A stretch of DNA of 64,000 bases, taken from Mobula hypostoma (lineage: Eukaryota). Positions 21,630 to 34,606 of the stretch are shown in pieces. The position numbers and the translations under genes are program-made. How positions within the stretch are numbered: the first letter of the stretch is position 1; every line of letters begins with the position of its first letter. Below the pieces are notes generated by a model, which saw only the letters and a program-made list of their open reading frames with translations, searched no databases and was not told the origin of the DNA. The stretch is taken from contig NC_086097.1 in the NCBI RefSeq assembly GCF_963921235.1, positions 18,230,001 through 18,294,000 on the forward strand, in the 5' to 3' direction.

Positions 21630-24600
21630 ATTGATTTGTATGGGAGAGTGAAGAGATAATCGATCTGAGTTGCAGGAAAGTAGGCACCCCAAAGTTCCAG
21701 GAGGCGGGTAGCTGGGTAACTGTCAGGAGAAATGGAAATATGAATAGGCAATTAGCACAGAGCACCCCTGTGACCATTCCCCTCAATAATGGGGTCAGGG
21801 GAACAGGCAGGAGATTCCCTGGACATGAAAGGGACACCCGGATAGTATGTTGCCTCCCAGGTGCCAGGGTCAGGGACATCTTGAATGGCGTCCAGAACAT
21901 TTTGGAGGGGGAAGGAGAGCAGCCAGATGTCTTGGTACATATTGGTAACAATGATATAGGAAGGAAAAGCAAAGAGGTCCTGAAAAGGGAATTTAGAATG
22001 TTAGGTAGAAATCTGAGAAGCAGGACGTCCCGGGTAGTAATTTCTGGATTACTACCTGTGTAACACGCCAGTGACGGTAGAAACAGGCTGATTTGGCAGA
22101 TAAATGCGTGGCTGAGAAGCTGGTTCAGAGGGCAGGGCTTCAGGTTATTGCATCATTGGGATCTCTTCTGGGGGAGATATGACCCGTACAAAAGTGATGG
22201 GTTACATCTGAACCCGAGGGAGACCAATATTCTCATGGACAGGTTTGTTAGAGCTTTTGGGGACGGTTTAAACTAATTTACCAGGGGGGTGGGAACCAGA
22301 GGGAGGGGACTCAGGATAGGACGGTTGGTAAAAAAGCAAAGATAGTGTGCAGTCACACTGTCAGGAAAGGCCAGCATATGATAAGGCAAAATTGCAGCCA
22401 GCAGAGTGAGTATCAGTGCATTAGGGGTGCAGAATCAGAAAGATAGTAAATACAGTACTCAAAGTGTTATATCTTAATGCATGGAATATAAGAAATAAGG
22501 TGGATGATCTTGTTGCCCTTTTACAGATTGTTGGGTATGACGTTGTGGCCATCACTGAATTGTGGCTGAAGGATGGTTGTAGTTGGGAGCTGAAATCCAA
22601 GGTTCACATTGTATCAGGGGGATGGGAAGGTCAGCAGAGGGGGTGGTGTGGCTTTGCTGGTAAACAATGCTGGTAATCAATAGAAAGATGTGACATAGGA
22701 TCAAAAGACGTTGAATCCTTGTGGGGTGAGTCAAGAAACTGCAAGGGCAGAAGGACCCTGATGGCAGTTATATAAGGCCTCCCAACAGTAGCTGGGATGC
22801 TGATGATGACATTGACTCAGACCTGAGAGGCCAGCGTTGGGCATTTTCATGCCTTACAAGGCGCAGTTCTAAAGGCTGTGTGGGGCATCACTCCTCGCAC
22901 AGACATTTCACAGTATTATTTTACGAGGCCGAGTTGCGAACTCGACTTCAGCCCGACGTGGATGGAGAGCACGCAGGGGGGCGATCTGTCACTGGATCGA
23001 ACTCGGGAACCTCCGCTCTCGAGTCCGGCGCTGATCTCACTGCGCCACCAGCCGACCAACTGGGATGTGGACCATAGATTACAACAGGAAATAGACAAGG
23101 TGTGTCAAAAGGGCAATGTTATGATAGTCATGGGAGATTTCAACATGCAGGTCGATTGGGAAAATCAGGTTGGTAATGGATGCCAAGAGAGCAAGTTTGT
23201 TAAATGCCTATGAGATGGCGTTTTAGAGTCGTTTTTTTTGTTGAGCCGACTAGGGGATCAGCTATACTGAACTGGGTGTTAAGTAATGAACCGGAGGTGA
23301 TAGGGAGCTTAAGGTAAAAAAAACTTTAGGAGCTAGTAATCACAATATAGTTGAGTTCAACTTGAAAGTTGGTAGGGAGAAAGTAAAGTCGGAAAGAGCA
23401 GTATTTCAGTGGAGTAAACAAAATTACAGTGTTATGAGAAAGGAGTTGGCCAAAGTAAATTAAAAGGAGATTCTGGCAGGGATGACAGCAGGGCTGTAAT
23501 GCCATGAGTTTCTAGGAAAAATAAGGATAGATATATTCCAAAAACAAAGAAATACTCAAATGGCAAAATAGTCCAACTGTGGCTGACAAGGGAAGTCAAA
23601 ACTAATGTAAAAGCAAAAAAGAGGTCATGTAACAAAACAAATCTTAATGTGAAGACAGAGGATTGGAAAGCTTTTAAAATCCTACAGAGAGCAACTAGGA
23701 GAATCGTTAGCAGGGAAAAGATGAAATATGAAAGCAAGCTAACAAACAGTATCAAAGTAGATAGTAAAAGCCTTTTCAAGTATGCAAAACATAAAAGGGA
23801 GATGAGAGTGGATATAGAATTGTTAGAAAATGATGCCAGAGAAATAATAGCGGTGATCCAAGGAGATGGAAGATGAACTAAATGAGTATTTTGCATCAGT
23901 CTTTACTGTGGAAGACTCTAACAGTATGCCAGATGTTAAAAGGTGTGTGGGAAGAGAAGTGAGTGCAGTTTCTATTACAAGGGAGAAGGTGCTAAAAAAA
24001 GGTGAAAGACAAAAGGGTACATAAGCCACCTGGACCAGATGAACTGCACCCTAGGGCTCTGATAGAGGTAGTGGTGGAGATTGTGGAGGCATTAGTAATG
24101 ATCTTTCAAAAATCATTGGACTCTGGCATAGTGCCAGAGGGCTGGAAAATTGCAAATGTCACTCCATTCTTTAAGGAAGGAGGAAAGCAGCAGAAAGGAA
24201 ATCATAGACCAATTAGCATGACCTCAGTGGTTGGGAAGATGTTGGAGTCAAATGTTAAGGATGAGGTTATGGAGTACTTGGTGACACAGGACAAGATAGG
24301 ACTAAGCTAGCATCGTTTCCTTAAGGGAAAATCTTGCCTGACAAACCTGTTAGAATTCTTTGAGGACATTATAATTAGGATAGATAAAGGGGATGTAGTG
24401 GATGTTGTATATGTGTACCTTCAGAAGGTCTTTGACAAGGTGCCACACATGAGGCTGCTTACCAAGTTAAGAGCTCATGGCATTACAGTAAAGTTACTGG
24501 CTGGTTAGGACATTGGCTGATTGGTAGGAGATAGTGAGTGGGAATAAAAGGGTCTTTTCTGGTTGGTTGCCGGTGACTAGTGGTGTTCTGCAGGGGTCAG

Positions 24601-25590
24601 TGTTGGGACCGCTTTGTATTATGCTGTATATCAATGATTTAGATGATGCTGCCAAGTTTGCAGATGATACGAAGATTGGTAAAGGGGCAGATAGTGTTGA
24701 GGAAACAGGGGGTAGGATGCAGAAGGACTTAGACATATTTGAAGAATAGGCAAAAAAGTGGCAAATGAAATACAATGTTGGAAGATGCATGATCATGAAC
24801 TTTGGGAAGTAGAAAAAATGTGCCAACTATGTTTCTAAATGGGGAGAAAATCCAAAAATCTGAGATGCAAAGGAACTTGAGAATCCTTGCGCAGAATGCT
24901 AAAGACTAACTTTCAGGTTGAGTCAGTGATGAGGAAGGCGAATGCAATGTTAGCATTCATTTCAAGAGGTCTAGAACACAAGAGCAGGGACATGATGCTG
25001 TGGCTTTCTAAGGCACTGGTGAGGCCTCACCTTGAGTATTGTGAGCAGTTTTGGGCTCATCATTTAAGAAAAGACTTGCTGGCTTTGGAAAAGCTTCAAA
25101 GCATGCTGACAAGGATGATTCAAGGAATGAAAAGGTTATCATACAAAGAATGTTTGATGGCTCTCACTCTGTACTCGCTAGAACTTAGAAGGATGAGGGG
25201 GATCTCATTGAAACCATTCAAATGTTAAAAGGCCTAGAGTGTGTAGATGTGGAAAGAATGTTTTCCATGGTGGGGGATTTTAGGACAAGAGGGCACAGCC
25301 TCAGGATAGAGGGGTGTCCATTTAAAACAGAGATGCGGAGAAACTTCCTTCACCAGAGGGTGGTGAATTTGTGGAACTTGTTACCACAGGGAGCTGTGGA
25401 GGCCAGTTTGTTGGGTGTATTTAAGGCAGAGCTTGATTGGACATGGCATCAAAGGTTATGGGGAGAAGTCTGGGGAGTGGGGTTGAGGAGGGGAAAAAAG
25501 GATCAGCCATGATTGAATGGCAGAGCAGACTCGATTTTGCCAAATGGCTTAATTGTGCTCCTATGTCTTATGGTCTTATGTTCTATGACA
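21630..25590 (+). mobile_element. Long degenerate CR1 LINE (ORF1 SGNH-esterase-like remnant + ORF2 endonuclease-RT)
   Basis: ORF1 CCLPGARV..VHIGNND..VISGLLP. Endonuclease YLNA..VVAITE, MGDFN. RT PGPD, SGVLQGSVLGP, FADD. Many stops and frameshifts. tcttatgg tail. Confidence 0.93.
22800..23057 (-). mobile_element. tRNA-headed short SINE with (ATC)n tail, inserted in CR1
   Basis: Minus-strand A box tggcgcagtg and B box gagttcgatcc. TSD agctgggatg (22790-22799) / aactgggatg (23058-23067). Confidence 0.8.
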
Positions 25591-27077
25591 AACCAATTCT
25601 CCTGCTGTCTCCATACCCACATCCTTCTATACATGGGGATGTAGGTTATCATTCCTGTTAACCTTCAGGTGATTTTCAGTGTGTAGGGTATTGGGGCAGA
25701 TTACCCTTCCTCTGCAAAGAGTAACAAAACATTTTCATTCTGTATTTCTTAACTTTGGACAATGATTTTGTGTTGACTTATCAGATCACATGGTTTTACC
25801 TTCCACAAACTTCACTGGAAAGGGAAAGTTATCAAAAGGTTGGCCGATTCAAGATGGTTTGAATTGTTCAGTAGCTGACAGCAACCATCTCTCCCCTAGC
25901 ATTGAGTTCACTATCCGCATAGCCCTAAACTCAAAAGAAGATTTTAAACCCTCACCATAGGGAGGTACCCTCACCATAGGGAGGTTAAACTGTATCAACC
26001 TGTCCTTCAAAGACTGGCTTACTTCTTTTCTAGTGTATGTGGTGAGGTCTAGCTGCCCATGCCCACTACTTGAGTTCTGGGTCCCCCCTTCTTATCACGG
26101 AGGAGATACTTCCAGCTAATGGAGTAGTTTAAACACAACTTACTTTATCTTGAATGATGCACTTTTAAGCTTAGACAAATAAATATTATCACACACATTT
26201 AATTTAAAAAAGATGTTTTACACTCGCAGAGAATTTCTGATTTATAGAAGATTTCCGAGTTGCAAATGATCTATAAAGTACAAAAGATTTTCATACACGG
26301 GTACAATTATTTTGACCTAATAACACATACCATTGAATTGCAGATGAGAAGATGAGAAATTAATTCTAATTTTTACTTCCGTCACCCCCTCTTTCTACCA
26401 TTTTCCTTGTCATTCCTGACAAATACTAATGCTTTCTAATATTTATACTGTTCTGCTACTAGTTGATAGTATCTCCATGTGATGTTTTTTTCAAATATCT
26501 TTGCTGAGACAAATTAATTCACACAAATGTTCTGAAAGCTTCTGGAGACAGAGATCCTAGGCACCCAAAATTAATGCTGTGAGGGTTGACTCTCTGAGTA
26601 CACAGATTTCTCAACTACTGACTGATCTGTGAGCATGTTTGATGTACTAAGTGACAAAATCAGTCTAGTCTTCTCGCTCAGTCGTAATACAGCAAATAAC
26701 ATAGCCCATGTTGTCTGGTTTGATGTAAGCCGATTAACATAACCCCATTGTTTTATGTTGATTAATTATGGGCCCATAAGACCTCATTGCTTACTTGTTT
26801 AGAACAAGAATCTGAGCAAGCAATATTGGTTAGAAGTTTAACTTTTCAAAAACAACTCTGACCTTTTGGAAATGTCATGCTGCTGTATTAGAAGGTTGAG
26901 GTTATCAATAAGCCTCCTGGGCTATGGAAAGTGAATATCCATCACAGCCCCAACATGCCTCTTAGTTCCCCTTTCAGAAAAAATATCTCTGACTTGGCTT
27001 GTAAGTCAGTCCTGATCTGGCTTACCAAACTCCTCAGTCATCTTTCAAGCTGAATTTTGACAACAGCAAATATTAGA

Positions 27078-27205
27078 GAAGGGTCTCATCCCAAAATGCC
27101 ATCTGTTTATTCCTCTCCGTAGATGCTGCCTGACCTGCTGAGTTCTTCCAGCATTTTGAGTGTGTTGCTTGAATTTCCAGCACTCGTGGACTTTCTCGTG
27201 TTTAA
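27078..27205 (+). mobile_element. Penelope-like 3' end (degenerate)
   Basis: gaagggtctc...gatgctgcctgacctgctgagttcttccagcattttg. Confidence 0.7.
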
Positions 27206-27396
27206 GGATTAGAGAACTTGCTACCTGAGGCTAAGTTTCTATTTGTTACCCACATCTCTTCACAGAGTAACTGTGGAATCAAGACCTCTAGCTTGATCAG
27301 TGCCATAGTAACTAAAGGTAATGCTACATGGAAAAGACACTGGGCAAAGCTGGTGGACTGGATCAAATATAGTCTGCCCAAGTTCTGTGGGTGACT

Positions 27397-27640
27397 TCAG
27401 TTTAGAAGAATGAGGGGGTATTGAATTGAAACAAACCTAATATTGAAAGAACTAAATAGAGTGGTCATACTGAGGGTGTTTCCAATAGTGGAAGAGTTAA
27501 GGACCAGAGTGAACATCCTCAGAAGGGGAGAATGTCCCTTTAGAACGGAGGTGAGAAAGAATTTCTTTAGACTAAGGTATTTGTCGTGGAGACTAAGTGA
27601 TATACTTAAAGCAGAGATTGATTGGTTGAACAGGAGCATG
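27397..27640 (+). mobile_element. CR1 3' fragment
   Basis: PFRTEVRKNFF motif. Confidence 0.7.
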
Positions 27641-27968
27641 CTCAGATCTGATAATATGATGGGCATTTGGAAGCCTCAGCTTTTTTACAGTGATCCAACA
27701 GTTCGCCTAGCTTATGTATCCAGCACTATTTTACTCCACCTCAATGGAAAATAGTTGAAGTATGTCAGGTGATCAACAAAAACTGAATTGCCATCAAATC
27801 AATGTACATTCTTGCTTCCTCCGACAACAAGGATCAGCGGAACTCTTGCCCCCTTATTACTGGGACAGTAACCTCTTTACAAGCAATTGCTCTCTTCATG
27901 GATTTGTACCCGTGTACAATACGTCCTATCCTGTAACAAGTACAAGCCTTTTGAATAAATCGTCAGGG

Positions 27969-28295
27969 TGTCAGGGCTGCACAGGCAGATACCTCCCAGT
28001 CTCCACCCAGCTAACAGGAGTCACCTGCCACTGGTTTCCATCTCATTACCTGCAGCCTATTTAAACTCATCTCTCATCCACAATCCTTGTTCACTCATAC
28101 AAACCAGCCAGCCTCAACCAGTTGCTCCCAGCCTTCAGTTTCCTTGCTGCCTTGTTGTGTTAAGTGCCTGTTCTCTCTTGTTTTGTGGGCTCTCATGGCA
28201 TGTTATTTTGCAGTCTATTATTAAAGTTATCGCTCACTGCTAAATCATCTCCACTGCTCTACATACGGGTCAAGCCTCCTCTAGATTTCCTGACA
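27969..28295 (+). mobile_element. Solo LTR (~327 bp)
   Basis: TGTCAGG...CCTGACA inverted termini, internal tatttaaa TATA-like box, attaaa polyA signal. Flanks caggg/ctgag are only a degenerate TSD. Confidence 0.7.
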
Positions 28296-28997
28296 CTGAG
28301 GCCAGTGGTCTCCCAAATCATCCTTGCAGCGCCCCTTTGCCCTTTGCATTTGTGTGACTCGCTGACATCCAACTAACTCCCTTGTAACATAGCTGTGACT
28401 CATCCATCTCCTAGAGGATCTCAGGGGCTGGGGGTCAAACAGCAACCTCAGGAAAAGACGGCAATTCTTTTCCTCTCACAGATGATGATGCTTGAACCAT
28501 TGAGGTCCTTGTAGCTCCTGATTCCAGCATCTGCAATTTCTCGTGCTTGCCATAACAATCTCTCCTTGCACCTTGGAATTGTACCTTTAACGAAACTGCC
28601 TCACAGCACCATCTCCACCCTGGTGACTTTCCTGCACAATCCCTCAACCATTAGCTCTGCTCTATTACCCTGAACTTGTTCATCCACCAGTCCGCAAGCT
28701 AGATGTTCTGCCAAAATTTGGGAATTTCACCATCTTGCTGGTGTTTGAGAAGCTAGTGCTAACTAGGAAATTGGTGGAAGCCTCGTGTGTTCCAAATCAA
28801 CTCTTTGCATGAGGCACCTTGAATTGTGTCACAAATTTGTCAATTTATTTATGGTAATATTACTTTATCTGTTGTGTCTGGGAGTTACATGTATCGTGTT
28901 GTACTTGGGTGAGAGGAATTTTGTTTTGTTTGGCGGTATACATGTGTGTGGTTGAGTGACAATAAGCTGGATCTGAATCTGAACTTGAGTTGTATAG

Positions 28998-29370
28998 GCA
29001 GCATCTCTAGGAAGAGGCACAGTCGACGTTTCAGGCCGAGACCCTTCGTCAGGACTAACTGAAGGAAGAGTGAGTAAGGGATTTGAAAGCTGGAGGGGGA
29101 GGGGGAGATGCAAAATGATAGGAGAAGACAGGAGGGGGAGGGATGGAACCGAGAGCTGGACAGGTGTCTTCTCCTATCATTTTGCATCTCCCCCTCCCCC
29201 TCCAGCTTTCAAATCCCTTACTCACTCTTCCTTCAGTTAGTCCTGACGAAGGGTCTCGGCCTGAAACATCGACTGCGCCTCTTCCTATAGATGCTGCCTG
29301 GCCTGCTGCGTTCACCAGCAACTTTGATGTGTGTTGCTTGAATTTCCAGCATCTGCAGAATTCCTGTTGT
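28998..29370. mobile_element. Young fold-back Penelope-like insertion with two hammerhead motifs
   Basis: ~134-bp inverted arms (28997-29130 / 29165-29298). TSD ttgagttgtatag at 28985-28997 / 29371-29383. Confidence 0.9.
29021..29056 (-). ncRNA. Minimal type I hammerhead ribozyme motif (PLE-associated), intact core
   Basis: AGUC CUGACGA A GGGU-CUCG-GCCU GAAA C GUC GACU. Confidence 0.75.
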
Positions 29371-29544
29371 TTGAGTTGTATAGCAAGTTTTGATGAAGTT
29401 ACAAAGCTGAGAGGAGGTATAACGTGATGAGAATGCAGGGAGACTACAAGGAGGCTTGGAGGGGTTGAGGAAGTAGGTGAGGTCATGGAGTATGGAATAA
29501 ATGTGGAAAATGTGAAGTCACAGAACATGGAAACAAACCCCCTT

Positions 29545-30430
29545 TATTTCTTTCTATTTTTTAAATTTAGAGATACATTACGGTAACAAGCCCATGACAC
29601 CTATGTGACCAATGAACCTACTAATCTGTACAGCACTGGAATGTCGGAGGAAATATATACAGAAGGACAAATATACAGAAAGGTGCCAGAAAAAAAGCCA
29701 ACAGTGTCCATGAAGGATCCCTCCCACCCTGCTTATGGGCTGTTTGTCCAGCTCCCATCAGGGGGAGACTACATTGCATTAATGCCATGACCGTTGGACT
29801 TCCCTCAAGCAGTAAGGCTGATCAATTCCTCTACCCACTAACCTGCTCACCACCGGGACAGCGTCTTCCACCAGGCCATCAGACTGATTAACGCTGATAC
29901 AATAGTAATTCTATGTTATATTGACTGTCCTGTTGTATGTACTATTTGTTACAAATGACTATAAATTGCACATTGTACATTTAGATTTAGACGGAGACAT
30001 AACATAAAGATTGTTACTCCTCATGTATGTGAAGGATGTATTTAATAAAGTAATTTAATTGAATTTGTCTTTTCCTGTCAGTCATCTTATGTACAGACAC
30101 TCATGTACCTAGTGCCACTTTACTGTATGTACCTACAATCAATCTATGCATATAAACTATTTTATCTATTTATATTTATCATAGATTTTTAATTACTGTG
30201 TTCTTCACCTTACTTTTGTTCTGCGGCATTGGATCCGGAGTAAAAGTTATTCCATTCTCCTTTACACTTTTGACATTATCAATCTTGAAATGAATTGGAC
30301 TGGAGCACCTGGAGGAAACACACAGTCACAGTGAAAATGTACAAACTCCTTACGGACAGCAGAGGTATTGAACCTGGGTGTCTGGCTCTGTAATAGCCTT
30401 GCGCTAACTGCTATGCAACCGTCCCACCTG
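29545..30430 (-). mobile_element. V-SINE (29545-29655 + 30295-30430) split by Rex1-type 3' fragments (29660-30290, + strand)
   Basis: SINE halves rejoin at ggaggaaa|ctggagcacc. The insert encodes MKDPSHPAYGLFVQLPSG. Confidence 0.7.
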
Positions 30431-30519
30431 TCACTACTTTGCTGCCCATTGCTGACAGGCTGACTAACAAGCCGTATTTTATACTAATCCTACACTGATC
30501 CTATTGTACCCCTACCAAG

Positions 30520-31110
30520 GTATTCCTCTTTGGTTCAAAAAGTAGAAAGCCAGAGAAATTGAAAGGTGTCAGTGCTTATTTGGACTTGGGAGTTCATAAG
30601 TATGAATCACCAAGAGGCAGAGCAAACCATTATGAAGGTAAATCTGCTGGGATTTTAAAAGGATTGAACGCCAGAGAGGAACATCGTACTACATTATGAA
30701 ACATCTTGGTGAGAATGCGTCTGGAATAATATGTACAGGACTGGTCTCTCTACTTAAGGAAGGATACACTTGCGATAGATTGAATGCTGCTAAGATTCCC
30801 CTGATTGATTTCTGGAGTGGCAGCTTTGAGAAGAAATGAAGCAAACAGAGCAATATCTTTTGAGTTTGGAAGAGGATTAATAGGGCAGTTGATATTTCCC
30901 CTATTTTTAGTTTCAGGAACCAGGGGTCTCATTCTCAAAATATGAAGTTTTTTTTTATTCACTAGGTTATGAATCTTTGGAATCCTTTATACAGTCATTC
31001 AAGACAGATTAATTGATTTTTGAATATTAAGGTTTATCAAAATATATGGAGTTATTGCAGGAAAATGGCACTGACACACCTTGGGATAAATTGCTGATAC
31101 CTTCTCTTAT
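30520..31110 (+). mobile_element. Highly degenerate CR1 3' part
   Basis: Remnants of LVR.LEY, tacttaaggaaggata, and aatctttggaatc. Confidence 0.6.
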
Positions 31111-33649
31111 GTTTTATCTTCATATATTTTGTCAGTGTCTTCAACTTTACCAGGTACTGAGCATTCATTTTTTTCTAGTCAAAGAGTCATGGAGTAATAC
31201 AGCAGAGAAACAGGCCTTTCAGCCCAACTTATTCCTGCTGACCAATATACTCATCCAAGCTGGCTGTATTTGCCTCAGTTTTGCCCATATCCTTTCCTAT
31301 CCATGTATCTGTCAAAATGTCTTTAAAATATTGTTACTGTACCTGCCTCATCCACTTTGTTCCATATAGACACCACTCTCTGGGTGAAGAAGTTGTCCCT
31401 CAGGTCCCTTCTAAATCTTTCCCCTTCCACCTTAAACCTATGCCCTCTAGTTTATGATTCACTAACACCGGGGAAGGAACTGTGTACATTCCCCATACCT
31501 ATGCTCATCATGATTTTATACATCTCCACGAATGTCACTTCTTTGCCTCCTACCCTAAGTACTGTTCTTACATGGGCTATGGCCTGATGTTACAAGTTAA
31601 GTCATCTTGTTGGAATGTCCACAACTATGAAATTCTGTTGAGGGAGAACCCAGAACAAGCTTCTCACATTGAATGCAGTCAATGTCCTTTCTTCCACATG
31701 TTACCTCTCTCAACATCAGCAGAGGATTTATATTAGAACCTCAAGTTGGGACATTAATAGTGATGTGATTGGTTGCTGGGAGTGGTGGAGGGGGTGGTGG
31801 TGGGAGAGTTGACTGAGATTATGGTTGGGTATATATAGAGGTAATTGCAGTCTCTGTGGGCCTTGAGGAATAGCTGTTGCACAAGGTACATTTGTTTTTG
31901 CTTTAAGTGGTCTTAACTGAAGAAGTTTCCCAGCACTGGTCCTGCTCCAGCTGGTTCTCTCAAGGTTAAACTGAAACAGTCTTTATGGCCCACGTGACTA
32001 TCATTTTTTGTGCCCATTTCTGATTTTCTCTGCACTTTAGTGCCTCAGATCCATGGAAAACCAGGAAGGAAATTTTCAGACTGGGTAGATTATGCTGGAG
32101 TCTCTGGAATTCTCTGTCTCAGAGTGATAAAGAGGCTAGATCATAGGAGATGCTTCAAGAAATGACGGGTAGGTTTTTCAAAAGATTGGAAATTTGAGAG
32201 TTATAGGCTACTGAAATAAAATGTGTCTGATGTAGACCAACCATGATGATATTGAAAAATGGGTCAGTCTTGAGGGGCCAATGGGCCTCCAATCAATTCT
32301 ATTTTTGTGTGTCCTTGTGTTCTTGATAGCCTTTAACAATCTTCTCAGGAAATCCTGGCAGAAAATGTGTTAACTAATAAAAAGTGCAGACTGTGGTTTC
32401 TCTGAACACAAACCAATAAAAGCAGAAAATCTGGAAATACTCAACATGTCAGGCCCACTGGAAGGATGATGAACAGTTGATATTTCGCACAGGCGTGGTG
32501 GTGAAGGCAAATATGATACAAGCATTTAAGAGACTCCCAGATAGGCATGTGAGTGATGGGATATAGACGTCATGTAGGCAGAAAGGGTTAGTTTCATTAG
32601 AGATTTAGTTAGTTATTACTCTGCCATGGACAGTCCCAAGCCTGGCTGCAAATGAGTAGGTTTGTATATGGGGCAACCCCATCCTGTAAAAGCCCTGAGC
32701 TACAGAAATGCCAACAGAAGCTCCAAAGGCCTCATCCCTGGGAGAGAAAGGATCTTTGAAGATGGCCTACAACTTGAAAGACTGTCCCAGGAGAGAGGAC
32801 TCTGGTGAGCTTCTGTCGGTGGCCTATGCCTCAGTAGGGGTGATGGACCTAGCCTAAACCTAACCTTACTAAGTTTGGAAAAACATGGTTGACTGAAGAG
32901 TGCTGTACGGTTGTGTACTCAACTGCACCAAGAAACTCCAGTCTCTGAAAAGGAAAGGCCAGGCATGACTCCAGTTAGCATCCAAACCAGGTAACCAGTT
33001 CAACTCAAGAAATAAAAGGGGATATATCGGTGACACGCTGAGACCATAAGCAACAACTTAACTATATTTAGTCGAAGAATACAGTAATACACTGGAATGA
33101 AGTCCCCCTTGGCAGCTGCACACTCTTTTGATTAGTGCTGTCTGTTGCTGTATTCCCTGGTGCCCTAGATTTAGACGTGTTTTGCTTGTTCTACTCTGAG
33201 TCATCATTCTCCCTGGCAGCTCATTCTCTTAAGCTTTGCTGCGGCTCATGCTATTTTGTCAGGAAGAAAACTCTTTTAGCTTGGGTTTGCTTAACGGTGT
33301 TTCATTAGTAGCCCACCATCATGCCTGAGAAATAAAACTGAATAAAATGAGTCTTTACTCATGGTTGATGCAATTAGAGTGTGGAACAGCCTGGTTGTTG
33401 TGAAAAAAGAAAACAAACTCTCAGTTACTAATCTCAGTAAAATGCATCACTAGAGCTGAATTTAGTAAACCTGCGGCTCCATGATCTCCTGTGATTTCTG
33501 GTTCCGGGTTGAGTGTAAGAGTCCCGAGTTGTCTTCTGTGCTCCCTCCCCATTATGGGTACCCATGTACACCACAGGGCGTAGACGATCAAGAGATCGCT
33601 GCTCCTTTTCCCTTTCTAAAGATACCAGCAATGCTGCAAGTAGACCAGA

Positions 33650-33895
33650 GAACATAGAACATAGAATATAGAACAGTACGGCACAGTGCTGGCCTTTTGG
33701 CCCACAGTGTTTTAACATATACCATAATCAATCATATCCTTCCCTCCCACATAGACCCCCATTTTTTTCTCATCATGTGCCTATCTAAGAGTCTCTTAAA
33801 TGTCCCTAATGCACCTGTCTCTACCATCACCCCCAGGAGTGCGTTCCAGGCACCCACAACTCTCTGTGTAAAAAAACCTACTTCTGACATTCCCC
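33650..33895 (-). mobile_element. CR1 3' fragment, cut by the Gypsy LTR
   Basis: ORF 33732-33926 FFTQRVVGAWNAL. (catagaa)n tail. Confidence 0.8.
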
Positions 33896-34606
33896 TGTCA
33901 CGTGACCGGCAACAATGAATTATCAATGGAGTCAGGTTTTATAAAAAACAAACAAACATTTATTAAACTCTGCTCAACAATAGAGATAAGTATTCCACGA
34001 CTAACTTAACCATAAGTTAACTGCTATACGCCAACTCTGAAACAGTTCTTAAAAGGGTAAATTCGAAAACAGTTCTTAAAGTGGTAAATTTGAAAGTCCA
34101 AGTGATTTACACAGTCAATAAGGAGAGACTTCTCTGGAAATGGATTTCTTCGAGGATGTGACGTTACTGCTGATTCTCCAAAGGATTCACGACAAAGGAA
34201 ATAAAATGGCTTAAAGGAACTGACAGTGAATACTGTACAAACTTCCCTGCTCTTGCAGGAGTATTTTCAGATACAGGTCACCATTTCTGAATGAATACTC
34301 AATAAGGTCAATCCTTTATTAAACCACTGAACGACTCCAACTTTATTCGATGCTTCAGGCTCTCGTACTTTCGTAAGGTCTTCACTCTGCAATACCACTG
34401 TAAAGTTAAATCAAAGATACACCAACAAAACTGGCAGTGATTGGCGAAACTGCTGGCACAGTGATTTTACCTTACAATAGAAAGTAGAACTCCACTTTAA
34501 AACGAAACTGCGTCGTGAGGCGAATACGCAGCATAACGGAGTAACTGACAAACTAAACTGAAAGCTAACTGCATCACAACAGGGTTTCCCTTTATATACC
34601 TGTTGA

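Larger units (their letters stand above)
19745..21630 (-). mobile_element. Old CR1 fragments (19745-20125 and ~21170-21630) hosting later insertions
   Basis: ORF 19806-20060 YFLNGERLKAVGTQRDL..IVRLHLEY. Further antisense RT remnants at 21170-21630. Confidence 0.65.
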
